Shown here piece by piece: positions 26,540-39,634 of a stretch of 64,000 bases of DNA. This DNA is from Octopus vulgaris (lineage: Eukaryota), in the NCBI GenBank assembly GCA_951406725.2, contig OX597818.1, forward strand, positions 77,128,001 to 77,192,000, in the 5' to 3' direction. The translations under genes and the position numbers were made by a program. The notes under the pieces were generated by a model that was not told the DNA's origin, made no database searches, and saw only the letters and a list, made by a program, of their open reading frames with translations. Position 1 is the stretch's first letter. Every line of letters begins with the position of its first letter.

Positions 26540-29200
26540 ATGATGGCCGTCCACTCGTGACCGAGGAAGACCATTGCCGACCTTCAGGAACATTGTGCGC
26601 TCTAGGACTAATTTATATTTTGCATTTGCGGCTCCGTTGGTGGCTAATGAGCTCTGCATACACAACAAGCATACACGACTGCAAACATTGCAGACCAAGC
26701 TTTCCCCATTCACTATACGAGCCGTGCGCTTTCGCGCCGCTCGCTTAAGTTCTTCATGCTGGATACGTGCTCTCTCAAAAGTGTCGATCCCCTCCTTAAC
26801 CTGCTTCCTCCATCTATGGCGATGACAGGCATTGTTCTCCCAGTCAGTGTCCTGTATATCAAAATGATCCGGACATCCAAGTTTGCCAAGTATTTTCCAT
26901 AGAAAGGCTCTATTTACAGTATCAAAGGCCTTAGTTAAATCAATGAATACTTGGACAAGATCCATATTCTGCTCATAGCACTTCTCCTGCATCTGTCTTG
27001 CTGTGAAAATCATATCCATTGTCCCTCTACCAGATCGGAAGCCACATTGAGATTCAGATAGGACATCATTTATGAGACACCCATTCAGACGGGTAAGAAG
27101 AATATTTGCCAGAACCTTGCCAGCAGCTGATAGCAGAGCAATACCTCTGTAGTTACCACACATTGTTCTGGCTCCTTTTCCTTTATATAGAGGAAGAATA
27201 ATTGCATCCTTCCAGTCCTTAGGGATTGCACCATCCCTTCAGACTGCACTAATAAGTTCATGAAGGGACTGTGTGATGCAATTACCACCAAATCGCAAAA
27301 CCTCAGCACAAATTCCTTCCTTTCCAGGTGCCCTACCAAGATTCAATTTACTTATTGATGTCATTACTTCATGTATTGATGGCGAGGAGTCTAAGGAGTC
27401 AATGAAAGGTCTTTGTTTCATAGTATCAATCACTGTTTCATCCACAACTGACTCATGGTTTAGGAGTTCAGAGAAGTGTTCGATCCAGCGACCTGTGATT
27501 TCTGTTGATTTAGTAAACAGAGTGGAAGACTCCTTGGAAAGCAAAGGAGCTCATGTGGAGCTCTTAGGTCCATAAGCTCGCTTCATAAGATGGTAAAGCT
27601 TCTTGCTGTCATTTGCATCAGCAGCAGCCTGAACATCACGAGCAAAATCCTCCCACCAAGTGTTCTGCATCTTCCAGAGAGATCGCTGCAGTAGTGATTT
27701 TACACTGTTATAGTGGGCAAGTGCTAGACTTCGCTGCACAGTAGACAGTTCTCTGTGCAGCAATACACTGTGGGCATGGCGCTTCATCACTAATAGTCAT
27801 TGAATTCCAGCATCATTCTCATCAAACCAGTCTCTATGTCTGGCTGTAACATACCCCAGTGTTTCGGCTGCACATTGAACAACCTGGTCTCGAAAATCTT
27901 CCCATGCTGCAGCAGTTTCAATGCTGGACAAGCGAGTCTGAAGCTCTTTCCTAACCACAACATCATATACCTTGTGGACATTTAGACGGCGAGGAATGCT
28001 GACTGGTCCTCTTCTCTCTTTCGCCCTAATCACCATTCGGAACTTTGCTCGCACCAGACTGTGGTCTGTCCAGCATTCTGATCCATGCAAGGACTTGATA
28101 TTACAAATGTCATAAATGTCGTGCGGATGATGACGTAATCCAGCAAGTGCCAAACTTTGGACCTTGGATGCATCCATGTTGTTGTGTGATCACCTTTGTG
28201 CACAAAATGAGTACTTGCAATGTAAAGTCCATGTTCTTCGCAAAGCTCCAACAGCATGAGACCATTGCTATTCATTTTCCCTACTCCAAAACGTACTAGA
28301 GAGTTCCATGTTTGCCAGTCTGTTCCAACTCTGGCATTAAAATCCCCCAGTAGAATGACTTTATCAGCATTGGGGATTTTTCTAAGTATGGCTCTCAGCT
28401 GGGTATAAAAGATTATTTTATCTTCATCAAAGTAGGTGCATAGGCACTTATTAGAGTAGCAAACCGCTTACTTTTCAAGTGCAACCGTAGGGTCATTATA
28501 CATTCATTTATAGGAACAGGGAGCTCTTCCAACTTCTTCAGGATATCAGATCGGACTGCAAAACCAACACCAGCCTCTCTGCGCTCCTCCTTCTGCCTTC
28601 CTTTCCAAAAAAAGGTGTATCCGCCTCCTACTTCCTCAAGCTGACCATCACCTTCTATACGAGTCTCTGAGAGTGCAGCTATATCAATTTTATAATGGTT
28701 CAGCTCATGAGCAACAAGTGCAGTGCGTCTTTCAGGCCTGCAATCATTCCTGTTGTCCAACAGAGTACGCACATTCCAACATGAAATGTTTAAGTTCCGT
28801 CCAGATTTTATCGATAAAAGACTCTTTATTTTTCAAGCGCAGGTTGGACATCCGTCAGTTGCGCTAAACTGACCAGATATGGAAAGACAGGCAATTTTTG
28901 GTTCACCTTTTCTAGAACCCCCCCCCGGTCTCCAGGTGAGCAGTGCCCTCTCCAAATAGAGCTGCTCAGACACCCATGCAGCAACCAAATCCTACCGCTG
29001 TCTTGGGCGACAAGGAGACGACTTTATATCTAGCATGGGCCGCCTACGTGCAGGTCGCTGACTACATGCTTCCAACCCGTCAGGTCTGCATGCTTCACCA
29101 CCTTCCCATCGCCGCAGGACTTCCGAAAAAACAAAAAAAGATAGATATATAAATAAAAAATAAAAAAAAGAGGAGGTCGGCAATGCTTGTGCAGAGTTTT
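26540..29200 (-). mobile_element. RTE-clade LINE with both ends retained and an internal deletion (APE plus RT N-half plus 3' end)
   Basis: RPERRTALVAHEL...ALSETR, SAYAPT, LGDFNA, TWMHPRSKVWHLLDY, TDH, NYRGIALL, QCGFRSGRGT, FIDLTKAFDTV, then a jump at about 26862 to DTDWE and CxxC. 3' stem-loop ctcggtcacgag. Confidence 0.9.
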
Positions 29201-29319
29201 AGGTCCAGTAAGGCTAGTAAGGTAGAAATTCCGGGTTCATGTGCAGAAATTTGTGTGTTATATATGAATAAATAAATAAATAAATGGAGTTGAATGAAGA
29301 TGTTAATAAAATTCCTTTA

Positions 29320-29401
29320 CTTTCGACATCTGTTTTGAAGACAACATGATTTTATTCCAAAGGAATAAACGGTATAAGATCCAATCTTCTCATCAGGAAA
29401 G
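29320..29401 (-). ncRNA. Type-I hammerhead motif with a G12-to-A lesion
   Basis: Minus strand: ctttc-CTGATGA-gaaga...tcttc-AAAA-cagatg-TC-gaaag (GUC site; 5-bp stems I and II). Confidence 0.65.
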
Positions 29402-31208
29402 AAAGGGAGCCTCTCTCAACAACAAGACAATATAATTACAATGACTGCCTACATGATAAACAAAACATTAATAAGTGTTATATATACATATATAAGTGTT
29501 ATATATACATATGCATACATATATATATTATTAATAGTTAGAGAATATAATAATTCCAAGCCAACAGGGAAAAAATTCAATTTAGCACACTAAATTAAAA
29601 ATTCACAATATATTAAATATATACAGAGAGACAAATGGCTATTTAGTTATGTATGCATATGCAACTTTTTCCAAGTTGTCCATGATTTTTCCAGGCATTG
29701 CTGTTATAAGATAATAAATAATGTGTCAATTAATAATTTAAGATTTTACCTTATAAAATACTGAAAGATAATATTTCAAATTTTCCATGTAAGTGATGAT
29801 ATTTCAGTTTTTTTTGTGTTTAATTTAATTATATGTTGTGATTGAATTATTTGATATTACACATCCACACCAAATGAATGGCAGGCATTTTTACCATGTA
29901 GTTGGTTGCATCATGGCTCACTAAAAGTTACAAACAACAGGACCCCAAAGCCATCAGTTACCAGACTCACCTTAAATAACCTAATTTTGCAATATTAGGA
30001 GGTCACAGGAATTCATTCAACAAAAGAAGAATTTCCAATGATTCCAGAATTGCCCTCCACCTCATTTTTTCCAAATCAAGAGAAGGGATTTGCAGCATAT
30101 TAGGGGGTCAGGGTACTTGATTCCACGCAAAAAATCAAATTTTTTTTCTTAGTGAAAATCGTGCAGGTGTTAATATAGAAATTGACCATAATGTTGTTAT
30201 TTAGCCTCAAATAAACCCTGATACTGCAAACATATCATCAAAGACATTCCAGCCTTCAGCAAACCGTCTTTTTAGGGATAATCTAGGACATTACATATAA
30301 TGGGCGTGTGATTTAGGTAGGGGGATACTTTGGCTGCTATTTTCAGCGTGTCAAGCGACCAGGTAGAGGCTCTTTCATTGGTTTGATTGCGTGATGAGAT
30401 TTTTTTACACATATATGTAATATGTATATATATCATCAGCAGAAGTTAGAGAGTAAGTCAAAAGCTGAGAGTTTTGTGTATTGGCACTTATCAAACACAG
30501 ATTTGTCCATTGTCACTCTGTAACTTCTGATGAAATAACTTCTAAAATACAAAATTTTGTCAAAAACGTTAGGAGTAAACCCTGTTCTATGTGACAAATT
30601 CTACCAGTATCAGAAGTTTGAAAGTGTTTAGAAAAAATCAATCAAATAATCTGTACATCAAAGTCGACCTCAGCGAAATTTGAATCCAAAAACGTAAAGA
30701 CAGATGAAATAGCATTAAGCATTTCACCTGGCACGCTAACTTTTCTGCCAGCTCGCCACCTTAGAAAGTAAACATTCATTTTAGAAATATATTGGTTATT
30801 CTTATTGCATAAGTGTTACTTCCTTACATCCTTACATGAAATTTCGTAACATTTTACCTCTTAACTCTTTTTCTACTAATTTTTGTTCAATGCGACTAGC
30901 GATTTTGAATTCCTCATGCATTTTTCTATCAGTTAAGCATAAGAAAGACATACTTTTAATTTAAAATTAAAATATTTATGTTAATTGAAGAGGAATATTT
31001 GTCTTACTGCCCTCCCTAAGGTTGCAGATATTTTGATGTAACTTTTTTCTACAGAACTAAATCTCAAACTATTCATGTCAAAGTGTAGCTGAGAAGGTAT
31101 CTTCTTTAAAACTATTAACAGTTTGCAATTTAGTTGAGAAGTGACTTAGTGGTGAAGCTTGGAAGCCACTGCGATTGACAAAATGGTGGACTTAAGCACA
31201 GTAGTGCT

Positions 31209-31250
<42 letters not shown>

Positions 31251-31253
<3 letters not shown>

Positions 31254-32513
31254 GGATTGGACAAAATTATGGAAATACCTTAAAATTTCAAACAAATATA
31301 ATTTAATATAGGGTAGGACTGCATTTGGCAGTAATTACAGCTTGAATTCTATGAGGTATGGACTTGTACAAAGTTTGAATTGTTTCCAAAGGAATTTTTG
31401 TCCATTCTTCAGCTAAAACAGTCCCCAATTCTTATAGAGATTATGGTGGAGGATATCGACTCCTTACATGTTTTTCTAAAATGCACCATAAATGTTCAAT
31501 AATATTGACATCTGGGGACTGTGGTGGCCAGTAAAGATGTTCAGCTTCACTAGAATGTTCTTCGTGCCATTCAGTAACAACTTTAGCTGTGTGAATCGGT
31601 GCATTATCATCCTGAAAGACTGCGTTTCCCTCCGGAAACAGTTCCACAACCATTGGATGAATTTGATCAGATAAAATACTTAAATAGTCTTGACTATTAA
31701 TCCTGCCATGAAGGGAAACCATTGGGCCAGCAGATTTCCAAGATATAGTCCCACAGATCATCACAGATCCTCCTCCATGTTTAACAGTTGGAAGAAGGCA
31801 GTCTGGGTCAAATGCTTCTTTTGGCTGTCTCCACACATATACTCAGCTGGTGGTCAGAAATAAGGTAAAGGATGACTCGTCCGAGAAAATAACATTCTTC
31901 CACTGCTCTAGGGACCAATTCTGTAAGTTTTTACTCCAATCTAAACAATTTGCAACATTTGTTTTTGAAACTAGTGGTTTTCTGATTGCAGCCCTCTCAT
32001 GAAATCCAGCTTTGTGCAGCTCCTGGTGAACAGTTTTTGTGGAAACTGGGTTCTTGAGGTGGTCATTAAACCCTGCGGTAATTTTGGAAGCTGTACTTTC
32101 GTGATCCTTTTGAACAATTCACATAAGGGTCCGATGGTCCCAATCTGAAACTTTTGTTTTTCTTCCCGAGTTTTGTTTCGACAAGGAGGTTTTTCCCTCT
32201 TTCACAAAGGCTGTCATTATTTTCGAGACAGTACTTCTTGATACACCAAACATTTTGGCTGTTTTCATTACACTAGCTCTTACCATACGAGCAACAACAA
32301 TTTGACCTCTTTGAAAGTCCGATAGATCTGTCAATTTCATGAATTTTAATTACCTTTTTCTGATGATATCTGAAAAGAAACAGCAATTTTAACAAAACGT
32401 ATTAAGCAACACTAATAATAAATCAAAAAACATAAAAATAACCAAGCTTTTGATGGTTTTATAGATATTTCAAAATTATGATGCTATGTTTCTATTATTT
32501 TGTCCAACCCCTA
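31251..32513 (-). mobile_element. Tc1-like (DD34E) transposon, full length but inactivated
   Basis: TIRs cagggattggacaaaattatggaaa / tttctattattttgtccaacccct, inserted in a TA tract. Protein fragments LSDFQRGQIV (HTH), FSDESSF, KHGGGSVM, FQDDNAPIH and WPPQSPDVNIIE. Confidence 0.92.
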
Positions 32514-33505
32514 TATATATATATCATCATTATCATCGTCATATATATATTATATATATATGTATGTATACATATATGCATATGCATATTTGTATTATAT
32601 AGACACAAAACATTGCAGTAGTTTGCTTCTCAACCGTGTATTTTCAGGTTTGGTCGACTGCCTGACAGTTTGATTAAGTGTCTTCCACTAAAGCTGCAAG
32701 CCAACCAAAGCCTTGTGGGTGGATTTGGTACCTGGAAACTAAAAGAAGCCTCTCATGTATACACATACGCATTACATACATACATACATACATATGCATA
32801 TAAATTTAATACACAACTGAAAGAGCTACTAATAGTTTCATGCTTTTATGATACTTTAACTAGGCATATTTATATAATATGCCATGTATTTTTGTTTATG
32901 CATAGAGTATATTTTTAAAAAACTAGGATGCTGGAAAGTGAGAAATTAAGAAAAATATGAGAAGAAAAATACAAATTAGGTTGATGCAAAAAATAGAATG
33001 AGAAGAAACAAAAAAAAAAAACAAGATCCCTGTCCTCCCTGATTACAGAAACCACAATTAATGCAGTTGGTATAGGACAAAATAATAGAACATATGTCAA
33101 AGTCTGCAAGATGGTGACTTAATCCAGAGAGGGTGATGTTCTCCAGTTCTTATCCATGTATTTGTTGAAGTCCAAGAAATCTAACACACTACCTAATTGC
33201 AGATGTGAAATTTTTAGCAGATGCAAACACATGGATAGGTATCTCACTGACCTTGACATATTTTATAAGTATGCCGAGTATCATAAAAACATGAAATTAT
33301 TAGTAGCTCTTTCAGTTGTGCATTAAATCAATATTTATCTCTCACTGGATGGAGTAATTATTTTTGTTGATTCTACCTATAATGGATCTACATATATATA
33401 TATGGATATGCGCACTTACACAATTACTATGACCATTTTTACTCCCTTACCCTTACTCCCTCCCCTTACTTAGCGGTCATTTTCATAGCATTTTTTTCGA
33501 TGGCC

Positions 33506-33568
33506 TGATAACTGAAGAGATGTCGGCGTGGGTTTCTGCCCCGACATCCGAAACTCAGAGTTTTATCA
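33506..33568 (+). ncRNA. Type-I hammerhead ribozyme motif
   Basis: tgataa-CTGAAGA-gatgtcgg...ccgacatc(c)-GAAA-ctcagag-TT-ttatca. Stem I 6 bp, stem II 8 bp, GUU site. Confidence 0.75.
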
Positions 33569-33738
33569 TGGCTACTGAAGAATTGTCACATATATTTACA
33601 AATAAATTCCTCTATTTACATAATATTGAGGTCGCTTTCATTCTTTTGTTGTCTTGTTATTTTATATCAATATGTCGCCATAATAGATCGGTAGCCACTG
33701 CACACATTTTTTTCTCTCCTTGTTTCTTTTCTATGTCC

Positions 33739-33774
33739 CTTTCTGTAGAAGAACGTAGGCTCGAAACGTAAAAG
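33739..33774 (+). ncRNA. Variant-core hammerhead-like motif
   Basis: cttt-CTGTAGA-A-gaac gtag gctc-GAAA-cg-TA-aaag. Homologous to 50990-51027(-). Confidence 0.45.
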
Positions 33775-34060
33775 ACTTTTTCAATTCCTGAGCGTTATAC
33801 TAATACATGTTTGTTTTGTACACCACCTGTCTTCGTCTTTTGTTTTTTCCATGAACTCTCCCCCTGTATATATATATATATAATAATAAATATTAGGGAA
33901 TAAATCCAAATTTACAGGGAAAAAATCAGATTTAGGATTAAATCCAATTTTATAGTAAAATATTATAAAATATTATTAGAGACAAAACCACTATTTTGCA
34001 AAACAAACAAGGAAAGACTTAATCAATACATAAAATTTTAATAAATAGTCAAAAAAACCG

Positions 34061-34103
34061 CCACTACAATTGTTTCTTGTCTTGATCGACAATCTTCAGG
34101 TGG
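34061..34103 (-). ncRNA. Intact minimal type-I hammerhead ribozyme (minus copy)
   Basis: Exact reverse complement of 34151-34193. Confidence 0.85.
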
Positions 34104-34150
34104 ACTTCCAATAAGTCAGTTTCAAATAATGAAACTGACTTATTGGAAGT

Positions 34151-34193
34151 CCACCTGAAGATTGTCGATCAAGACAAGAAACAATTGTAGTGG
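34151..34193 (+). ncRNA. Intact minimal type-I hammerhead ribozyme
   Basis: ccac-CTGAAGA-ttgtc gatcaa gacaa-GAAA-caattg-TA-gtgg. All core nucleotides present, palindromic stem III, GUA site. Confidence 0.85.
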
Positions 34194-34280
34194 CGGTTTT
34201 TTTGACTATTTATTAAAATTTTATGTATTGATTAAGTCTTTCCTTGTTTGTTTTGCAAAATAGTGGTTTTGTCTCTAATA

Positions 34281-34320
<40 letters not shown>

Positions 34321-35210
34321 CATACATATACATATATATGCATGTATGTATGTACACACACACACATACATACATATATACATTCATTCCAGTCACTGGA
34401 CTGCACCCATACCAGGGCGGTGCCTTGAAAGGTTTTACTTGAATGACTTGACTCCATTAAGTTATTTTCTGAAGCCTGAAACTCTGTCAGTTTCTTAAGG
34501 TGAACTGCTAAGTTATGGGGATGTAAACAAACCAGCACTAGTTGTCAATCAATGGGAGGACAAGCACAAACATACATAGTTATGTACATGTTGATATACA
34601 ATTGGCTTCTTTCAGTTGTTGTCCACCAAATCCACTCACAAGTTATTGGCTTCTACAGGCTATAAAAGGAGGCACTTTCCCAAGTTGCTATACAGTGGGA
34701 CTGAAACCGGAAGCATGTGGTTGGGAAACAAACTTCTTACCACACTGCTACACTTATATGCATCTTTATATATATAAATATATATATATATACTGAAGAC
34801 AATGACAAGTGACCAAGACCTTAGAGATATGCTGTAGTTGTGACCATTACCAGTGTCATGTAAATGGCAGTCGTGACATCATAGTCGGGGCTGTTACCTA
34901 TGTCACGTAAATGGCACCTGTGCTGGAGGCACATAGAAAGCACCCATTATATTGTTGGAGTGGTTGGCATTAGGAAGGGCATCCAGCTGTAGAAACCATG
35001 CCAAATCAGACTTGAACCTGGTGCAGCTCTCTGGCTTACCAGTTCCAGTCAAACCGTCTAACCCATGCCAGCATGGTAAGACGCTAAATGATGATGATAT
35101 ATATAATGTATATATGTACATATATACACACATATGTAAAAATTATATTGATAATATTATGTGGGTGTGTGTGTATATATAATATATATATGTAATATAT
35201 ATCCCTGTGT

Positions 35211-35249
<39 letters not shown>

Positions 35250-35416
35250 CGCAGGAGTGGCTGTGTGGTAAGTAGCTTGTTTACCAACCACATGGTTCCA
35301 GGTTCAGTTCCACTGCGTGGCACCTTGAGCAAGTGTCTGCTACTATAGCCTCCGGCCGACCAATGCCTTGTGAGTGGATTTGTTAGACGGAAACTGAAAG
35401 AAGCCCGTCGTATATA

Positions 35417-35460
<44 letters not shown>

Positions 35461-37515
35461 TGTGTGTGTTTGTGTGTCAGTGTTTGTCACCCTAGCATTG
35501 CTTGACAACCGATGCTGGTGTGTTTATGTCCCCGTTACTTAGCAGTTCGGCAAAAGAGACCGATAGAATAAGTATTGGGCTTACAAAAGAATAAGTCCCG
35601 GGGTCGATTTGCTCGATTAAAAAGGCGGTGCTCCAGCATGGCCTCAGTCAAATGACTGAAACAAGTAAAAGAGTAAAAGAGTATATACATTTACATATAT
35701 ATGTGTGTGTGTGTGTGTGCAACATAAACATACACTCACAGTTATAAATGTAATATATATTATATACATGTCTTTGTCAATATACATATATGTGTGTGTG
35801 CGCATGGGTGCGTGTAATAAATGTATCCATACATCTGTATCTGTCTATCTATTTACATATATATAATTTTATTTGTTCATGTAAATATATTTCTCATTAG
35901 CTTTAATTATTCAAAAGAAAAATAAAGCTTGCTCTGCTCTGCATACAATCCATAAACAAGAAAATTAAACAAAATCTTGAAACCAAAGCTTAGCTTGATA
36001 TTGGACTGGATTCCTCACTTGTCATGGAGAGAAGTGGTTGGTGTTGGGGAAAAGATTTACATAAGCTTAGCAGAGACGGAACCATTACATCATTTGTAGT
36101 AAGCATTAGCATAGCAAGAATGCTGATAATCTTGGCTTCAACAACCATAAAGAGATTAAACAAGATGTGAATGATTTGGTTTACTGGATTTACAATTATT
36201 TAAAAAAATAAATTTAGTTTTTATTTTTTTTTTCTGAAATATATTATCATTAAATAGTGATAAAACTATTTGGTTGAAAATAAATTTGTTGATTGAATAT
36301 TATTTCTCTTCAATGCAATGAGCTACAAATAAAGCTATTACATAATATTAAATATAGATGTGTAGCAATGAATATTTGTTTCAATTCTTAATACATTTTA
36401 TTAATATTTCTGTTTAAATTAAAATTTACTTTTGGAAATGAAAGGAGTGGGGGAGAAGCAAAAACTTTTTTTTTGGTGGTGGTAGTGATGGCAGAGTGTT
36501 GGAGTCTGAATGAATGTAGAGGAGTGTTTGCTGAAAGTCTATCATTAAATAAAGAAATATTTTAAAGAATAGCAACAGTATATTTGAGGAAAATGGGAGA
36601 TGGACTAACCCTAGGAAAGGAAGAAATCAGATAAGGAGATAAGCTATGAACAAAAACGAAAAATAATCAAAAACAAATCTAGATTAATGAAGATTAATTC
36701 TGCCACAATTTTAATTTTTATTTTTTTCATAAATTGCTAAAGCAGATACAGAAGAATATAAAACAAAAGAAAAAAAAAGGAAGGTAAAAATAGTAAAATC
36801 GTGTGTAAGTCGATCAGAAAATGAAAGAGAGAGAGAGAGAGAGAGAGAGGGAGAAAAGATTATTCAACGACATTTAGATGTAAGATATTAAACAAAAAGA
36901 TAAATGGGGAAAAAAAAGGCAAAAATGGAGTTTTTTTATTCTATACTAAGAGAGCTCACACCTCCTTCATTATCAGCAAATAAATAAATAAATAAACAGG
37001 CAGACATTGACTTGTTTTGATGAAGTAACAATGAAGCACAGACATCTTTGAGAGTCAGCCACACAGACAGAGGGATAGAGCACCTATGTGAACATTCAGG
37101 GTGCTAGAAATAACAGCTAAATTTGCCTGGTCTCACCTTGATTCTGAACAAGGACTCACTACAGGCAGATATTTATGATATAATAAAAGACTGGATAGCC
37201 ATGGCTGGAATATCTTTGGTTATTGGTTTGGTAGATAAGATCTAACATAATTTATAGAATTTTTACACTTGATACTGACATGCATATAATTCAAAGATAA
37301 TTAAGATAGAGCAATTGTACATAGGATAGAACAATGAAGTGTGTGGGTGTGTGTATGTGTGTGTGTGTGCATGTGAGTATGTGTGTGTATATGTAGATAT
37401 GTGTGTGTATACAGGTATATGTATGTGTGTGAGTGTGAATATAAATGTGTGTCATCATCATCATCATAGTTTAACGTCTGTTTTGCATGGTAGCAAGGGT
37501 TAAGTTCATATATAT

Positions 37516-37585
<70 letters not shown>

Positions 37586-38503
37586 GCGGTGCTCCAGCAT
37601 GGCCGTAGTCAAATGACTGAAACAAGTAAAAGAGAGTAAAGAGTATATATACATATATACATATACATATATACATATATATATATATATTATTATTATT
37701 ATTATTATTATTATCATTATTATTATCATCATTATTGTTATCAATGTTTTGCTGAAGTAACAGAGTGACTCAAAGTCTGAGAGTTTCATGTATTAACACT
37801 AATCAAATTAGTGCCAACACACAAAACTCTTGGGCCTTCTGCTAAATATTTATAAAACTGTACATATACATACTTTGAGTTCTATTTTTCCTATTTACAT
37901 TACCATACCTATATATATATAAATGGGTTCGAAATTTTGAAAATTAAGGCAAGATTTTTGAAGTTGAAAAAAATTTCTCATGTTAATGTATTTTTGCCTT
38001 TTATTTTTTATTGTTTACAGTTTTCATTTTTTCTGAAAGAAATTTACAGCTGCATGTAGCCCCTGTTTAGAGCTTTCATTTGCATGGTCAATCATCAAAA
38101 AATTCCCCAAATAAGTACTAAATTTAACAAAGAAATCCGTTTTCTCCTTATTTTTAATCGCTCAAATAGTAGCACGTACAAAAGGCAAGTGTGCTTTCCG
38201 TTGTCACTGCCTGATATTTATGAATGATCTTTCAAAATATTTTCTTTCTTAACTTACTCAAGATCCTTTATTTTTTTATAAATGGGAGAGAGATAGATAG
38301 AGAAAGATAGCGAGTAAGAGAAAGCGAGGGAGAGTCCGAGAGAAAGGAAGAGTAAGAGAGTGGGAAAGTGAGAGAGAAACAAAGTGGAAGAATGTGGTGA
38401 TAAGAAGCAACAGAAAGTAACAACCACACCCTCACCCGCGCGTAGAGTGGGTCACCTTTAGATAGTTATTTATATTATATATGTGTGTGTGTGTGTGTTT
38501 GTG

Positions 38504-38547
<44 letters not shown>

Positions 38548-38558
38548 CATATATACAT

Positions 38559-38589
<31 letters not shown>

Positions 38590-39129
38590 TACATATATAC
38601 AAATCAACATCATATTTCATTTAATGTTCTTCATTAATGCTAGCATGGGTTAGAGGATTTGATACGATCCAGTGTGCCAGAGGAATGTGTCAAAACCCCA
38701 ATGTCTGTGCTGGCATGGTTTCTACTGCTGAATGTCCTTTTTAATGTCAGTTACTTTACAGAGTGTATGGGGAATATTTTTCGTGATGCTGACTCCAGTG
38801 AGATTACCAGGAATCTCACAAGACAAAACAAAAAAACGAAAAAAAAACCCTAGCTGAGTGGAATTGTTGTAAAGTGAGATGTTGGTTTAAACCAGATGCC
38901 GAAAGGCATCTGGTATTCTGATATAGAACAGAGGTTCTCAACCATTTATTTTTTGGCCCAGGGACCCCTTTGATTCTTATTTTACTCTACAGAACCTCTA
39001 TAACCATTCCATGTATATAAAAAAATTCCACTGTATTTTTATGATTAAATATTATTAGGAATTGTATATATAAAATTAAAATATGTTGTATATCATAGAA
39101 GTATATGCAATTATTGCACATATATATAG

Positions 39130-39556
<427 letters not shown>

Positions 39557-39634
39557 TCAGTTAAATTTTCTTATAAAGTATATTTTTAACTTTACTTCAC
39601 AATTTATAGACTGTGTTAAGAAATGCTCATTGCA

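Noticed and set aside
29040-29260. HDV-like ribozyme expected at an RTE 5' end (ggcgatggga resembles J4/2-P2)
   Set aside because: I could not assemble the nested double pseudoknot by eye; it needs a descriptor search.
32356-32385. CTGATGA-tatct-GAAA inside the Tc1 element
   Set aside because: There is no stem II, stem III or matching stem I, so it is a chance motif.
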